Source: Mytilus edulis
Taxonomy: Eukaryota
DNA length: 64,000 nucleotides
Assembly: GCF_963676685.1 (NCBI RefSeq)
Contig: NC_092344.1
Location: forward strand, 121,272,001-121,336,000
Direction of reading: 5' to 3'
In this document: piece after piece, positions 60,615 to 64,000 of the stretch
How the letters are laid out: the number at the start of each line of letters is the position of its first letter
Numbering within the stretch: position 1 is the first letter of the stretch
Made by a program: the position numbers and the translations under genes
Notes under the pieces: generated by a model
What the model saw: the letters and a program-made list of their open reading frames with translations, nothing else
Told to the model about the DNA's origin: nothing
Database searches by the model: none

Positions 60615-61007
60615 TCTGATGATCTAGCCTACAAATATACATTTATTAGTTTCCCTCAAATTATATAAGTAAGACAGCGGTTTAACATAAAAAAAGAAAG
60701 TTAAACATAAAAAATCAAAAAGACAATTAATATATAAATACTTAAATGGGAAAACAATAAACTGTACGATGATAGCTTTGCTGTGAATTAAAGTTTCATT
60801 TGGCTTATAAGTCTTACTAATTATAATAAAAAATGTACTAAAAATGTGTCAAAATATTACAAAATTGTAGTATTCAGCTATATTTGAGCATTTCAATTCT
60901 ACCATGCATTATGAGACTTAATTATTATTGTTAGTAACTTGAAATACACATATGTGATATAAAATGAATAGATCTATAATAGACCTGGTGTAAAGAAAGA
61001 TACTTTT

Positions 61008-61338
61008 AGAAAATCCTTATATTTTCGTAAAATTCAAAATTTTGTAAACAGGAAATTTATAAAAATGACCACAAATCAATAATGTGGTCATTTTTATAAA
61101 TTTCCTGTTTACAAAACTTTGAATTTTACGAAAAACTAAGGATTTTCTTATCCCAGGCATTGATTACCTTAGCCGTATTTGGCACAACTTTTTGGAATTT
61201 TAGTTCATCAATGATTTTCAACTTTGTAATTGTTTGGCTTTATAAATATTTTGATATGAGCGTCACTGATGAGTCGTATGTAGACGAAACGCGCGTCTGG
61301 CGTACTAACTTATAATCCTGGTACCTTTGATAACTATT
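61008..61338 (+). mobile_element. Hammerhead-containing repeat with 5' inverted duplication
   Basis: 61008-61073 is the inverted copy of 61083-61148; the body matches 56575-56830. Confidence 0.85.
61260..61303 (+). ncRNA. Minimal type I hammerhead ribozyme
   Basis: GCGTCA CTGATGA GTC-GTATGTA-GAC GAAA CGCGCG TC TGGCGT. Confidence 0.88.
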
Positions 61339-62020
61339 CTTGTACGGTATCATTATTTTACGTTTACCTGTAAATTTGTGTCCTGTATAAGTATGTATTT
61401 TTTGCCGCTAGACGTTAACAAACAGCACCAGCTGACATATCCATAAGCCAAAACAGACTAAACCATACTTACCTTTGATAGTTACGAGTGTATGTGTATA
61501 CATCTATGCCATTATACATAGACTATATCCGATCTACAAATTATGACCAAATAATATTACATGCTAGTTCAGTATTGAAAATTAACTATTGTACACTTCC
61601 CTGTCAGTGATACTTTAGTTTTTTGTTCAATAGTATTTCCTTGTGATAACTTTAAATATTTTTCATTTTAGTAGTTTACAATTTAGCCACAATTTCACGG
61701 CTCATTGGTAGTGTTTCCTTGTTCCTGAAAGTGACTCACAAGACTTTTTAAGAAATAATTTATGGTGTCAGTATACATTCAAGCCCCCGTGAATTACTTA
61801 GATTCTGATAGGAAAAATACGGCAATTCTTTTGGATGGAAGCGCTCTTGGTGAAGGCAAATATTTGCTATTCCCATAAATAAACGCACCATTAAATTCAC
61901 ATAAAAGAACGGAGCAAACTAAATTAGTGACATTCTTCAACCATTCACAATAACGTATTCAGATAGGTTTGAATGAATTAAAATGCTAATTTTAAATTAC
62001 TTATATATCTTATATGTGTA

Positions 62021-63975
62021 GGAATCAAATCTATGGAGGGTTCCAAAATCTATGGCAGATTCCTTATCTTTGACAAATGTGACGTTTTAAACGCCAACCA
62101 ACTCAAATTTATGGCAGATTTTGAAATTGCGTAATAATTCGGGGAAAAATCCCGTCACAATTGAAAAGCGCCATACCGGCTATTTAATCGTTGCCACTGC
62201 TAACGATGGCGGGACCCATATATATTTAAATACCTGATATAGGTATTTCCTTCTACAACAATTTGCGTTTGGTAACAAGGAAGATGACTTTTACCACCTA
62301 TTATCCAGAATAGGAACAAAATGTGCTGTACAGGCCGAATCATGCGATGAATACGGGCACCACTGTTTTTTTTTTCTTTTTCTTTTGAATTCGTGTGATT
62401 TGGTAAAGATAGTTGATCATCCATTTCATTTATTAATTTTTAGTTCGGATCTATGAACCTTACACGATATATTTAGTTTACAGTTTATTCCAGAAGAAAC
62501 ATCGACATAGCTAGATAATACTATTATCTAATTACTACTATAATTTGATATTAATTAATATTGTAATTTTCACTGTTAATAATAAATGTTAGATAGTCAT
62601 ACAAATCTAATCTTGAATTCCATACAAATTCTGGGAACTCGTTTTACAAATTCTAATTTGACGTCATTTTTAGCGTTACACTGGGGTTAGGCTGACACGG
62701 CTGTGTATTTTTGTAATGTGTCCGTTTTTATTCTATAGCTAGTCACCACTTCAGTTTAATCATGTAGAGATCTATTTTATAATCTTTTTCTAAAATTTAC
62801 TGTTCACAAAGGTATGAATTATTCTAAATTCTAAATAAGAATGATGTTCTTGTCCCAGGCGTATTGGTTACAACTTTTTAAGAATTTTGACCTCAGTGCT
62901 TTTCAACTTTGTACTTCTTTTGGCTTTTAAACTTAGTAATTCTTGTGTGGACGTGGTGCACGTTAGGCGTATTTAAATTTTGACCTGGTACCCTTTGTTG
63001 GCTATAATTCATTTAATTTCTCCAATGTATGTGTATTGCAGTCCTGTCATATAATGTTGTCATTTTAATGTTATATTTAACATCACCATGGAAGCAGGAG
63101 GAGTGGCATGCCACAAAACCAGGTTCAATCCACCATTTTTATTTAAAATGCCCTGTACTAAGTAAAGGGAAATGGCTATTGTTATATTACAGTTCGTTTG
63201 TGTGTGTGTTACATTTTAATGTTGTGTTTCGGTTATGTCGTAGTTCTCTTATATTATATGCGTTTCCCTCAGTTTTAGTTTGTAACCCGGATTTGTTTTT
63301 TCTCTATCGATTTATGAATTTCGAACAGCGGTATACTACTGTTGCCTTTATTGATAAGGAAATATTAAACTTCTCAATGATCAAAATTAGTGTGTGTCAA
63401 ACTGCTATATAACCAATTATTTTTGTCAGGGAAAGTGATTGGTTCAAATTTTTTGAGAAATTTTTATATTTTTTTCAAAGGGTCAAAGTAAATATTTTGT
63501 TAAAACTTTATGAAAATTAAACGAGCCAAATTAATTTGAGTCAAGGTGTTGGATACCACCTTAAGGGACTTACTAGTTGCTCTAATGAGTGGGTTAAAAA
63601 ATGTTTTTTTTTGCGGGGCACATCATTGCAATGTGCCATCATGATTTAATTATGGAAATATAAAAAAGAAGATGTGGTATGATTGCCAATGAGACAACTG
63701 TATAGAAAGTTTTTTCAAAAATGTTTATAAACATGCTCCTGTTGTCGCACATTTCCACTTTTTCCACATGTCATTGATCGTATATGTACTGCATTGTTCT
63801 CCATTTGCACGACATTTGGAAACAACAAAAATCCGCCATAGATGAGGAAATTACAAATCTTGACATAGATTTATGATTGTAAAACATCTGCAATAAATTT
63901 GGGATGACATGACGTCATATTTGCCATAAATTAAGAATCTGCCACAGATTTGGAACCCACCATAGATTTGAGTCC
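62021..63975. mobile_element. Non-autonomous DNA transposon (~1.95 kb) with long TIRs and nested repeats
   Basis: TIR GGA(A/C)TCAAATCTATGG.GGGTTCCAAA(A)TCT(A/G)TGGCAGATTC at both ends, TA flanks, reiterated AAATCTATGG motifs. Confidence 0.8.
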
Positions 63976-64000
63976 TATATATTTATATATGAAAAAAACG

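Overview
AT-rich spliceosomal eukaryotic DNA. The repeat families look bivalve-mollusc (Mytilus-like); that assignment is inference. I traced four intact protein-coding genes through GT-AG junctions by hand: a GPR157-like 7TM receptor (+, 4 coding exons, 341 aa); the PIF1 helicase (-, 10 coding exons, 615 aa); TTC33 (+, 4 coding exons, 247 aa), head-to-head with PIF1; and an otopetrin-like channel (-, one coding exon, 514 aa) with a pseudogenised tandem paralogue. The rest is repeats: 28-bp satellites, MITEs, Helentron-like elements, a full-length decayed L1/Tx1 LINE with a 13-bp TSD, and RTE, BEL/Pao and Penelope-like (PLE) fragments. Highlights: (1) a PLE with no C-terminal endonuclease whose 3' UTR folds into a type II SECIS, present twice; (2) two intact minimal hammerhead ribozymes plus decayed relatives; (3) three independent tandem amplifications of exon/intron junctions, including 18 copies of a TTC33 5' splice site; (4) both otopetrin copies have Glu at the conserved FYRxH histidine; (5) a putative pseudoknot just before the LINE poly(A); (6) a 38-bp perfect palindrome with a 9-bp TSD. 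All coordinates were read by eye and may be off by a few bases.
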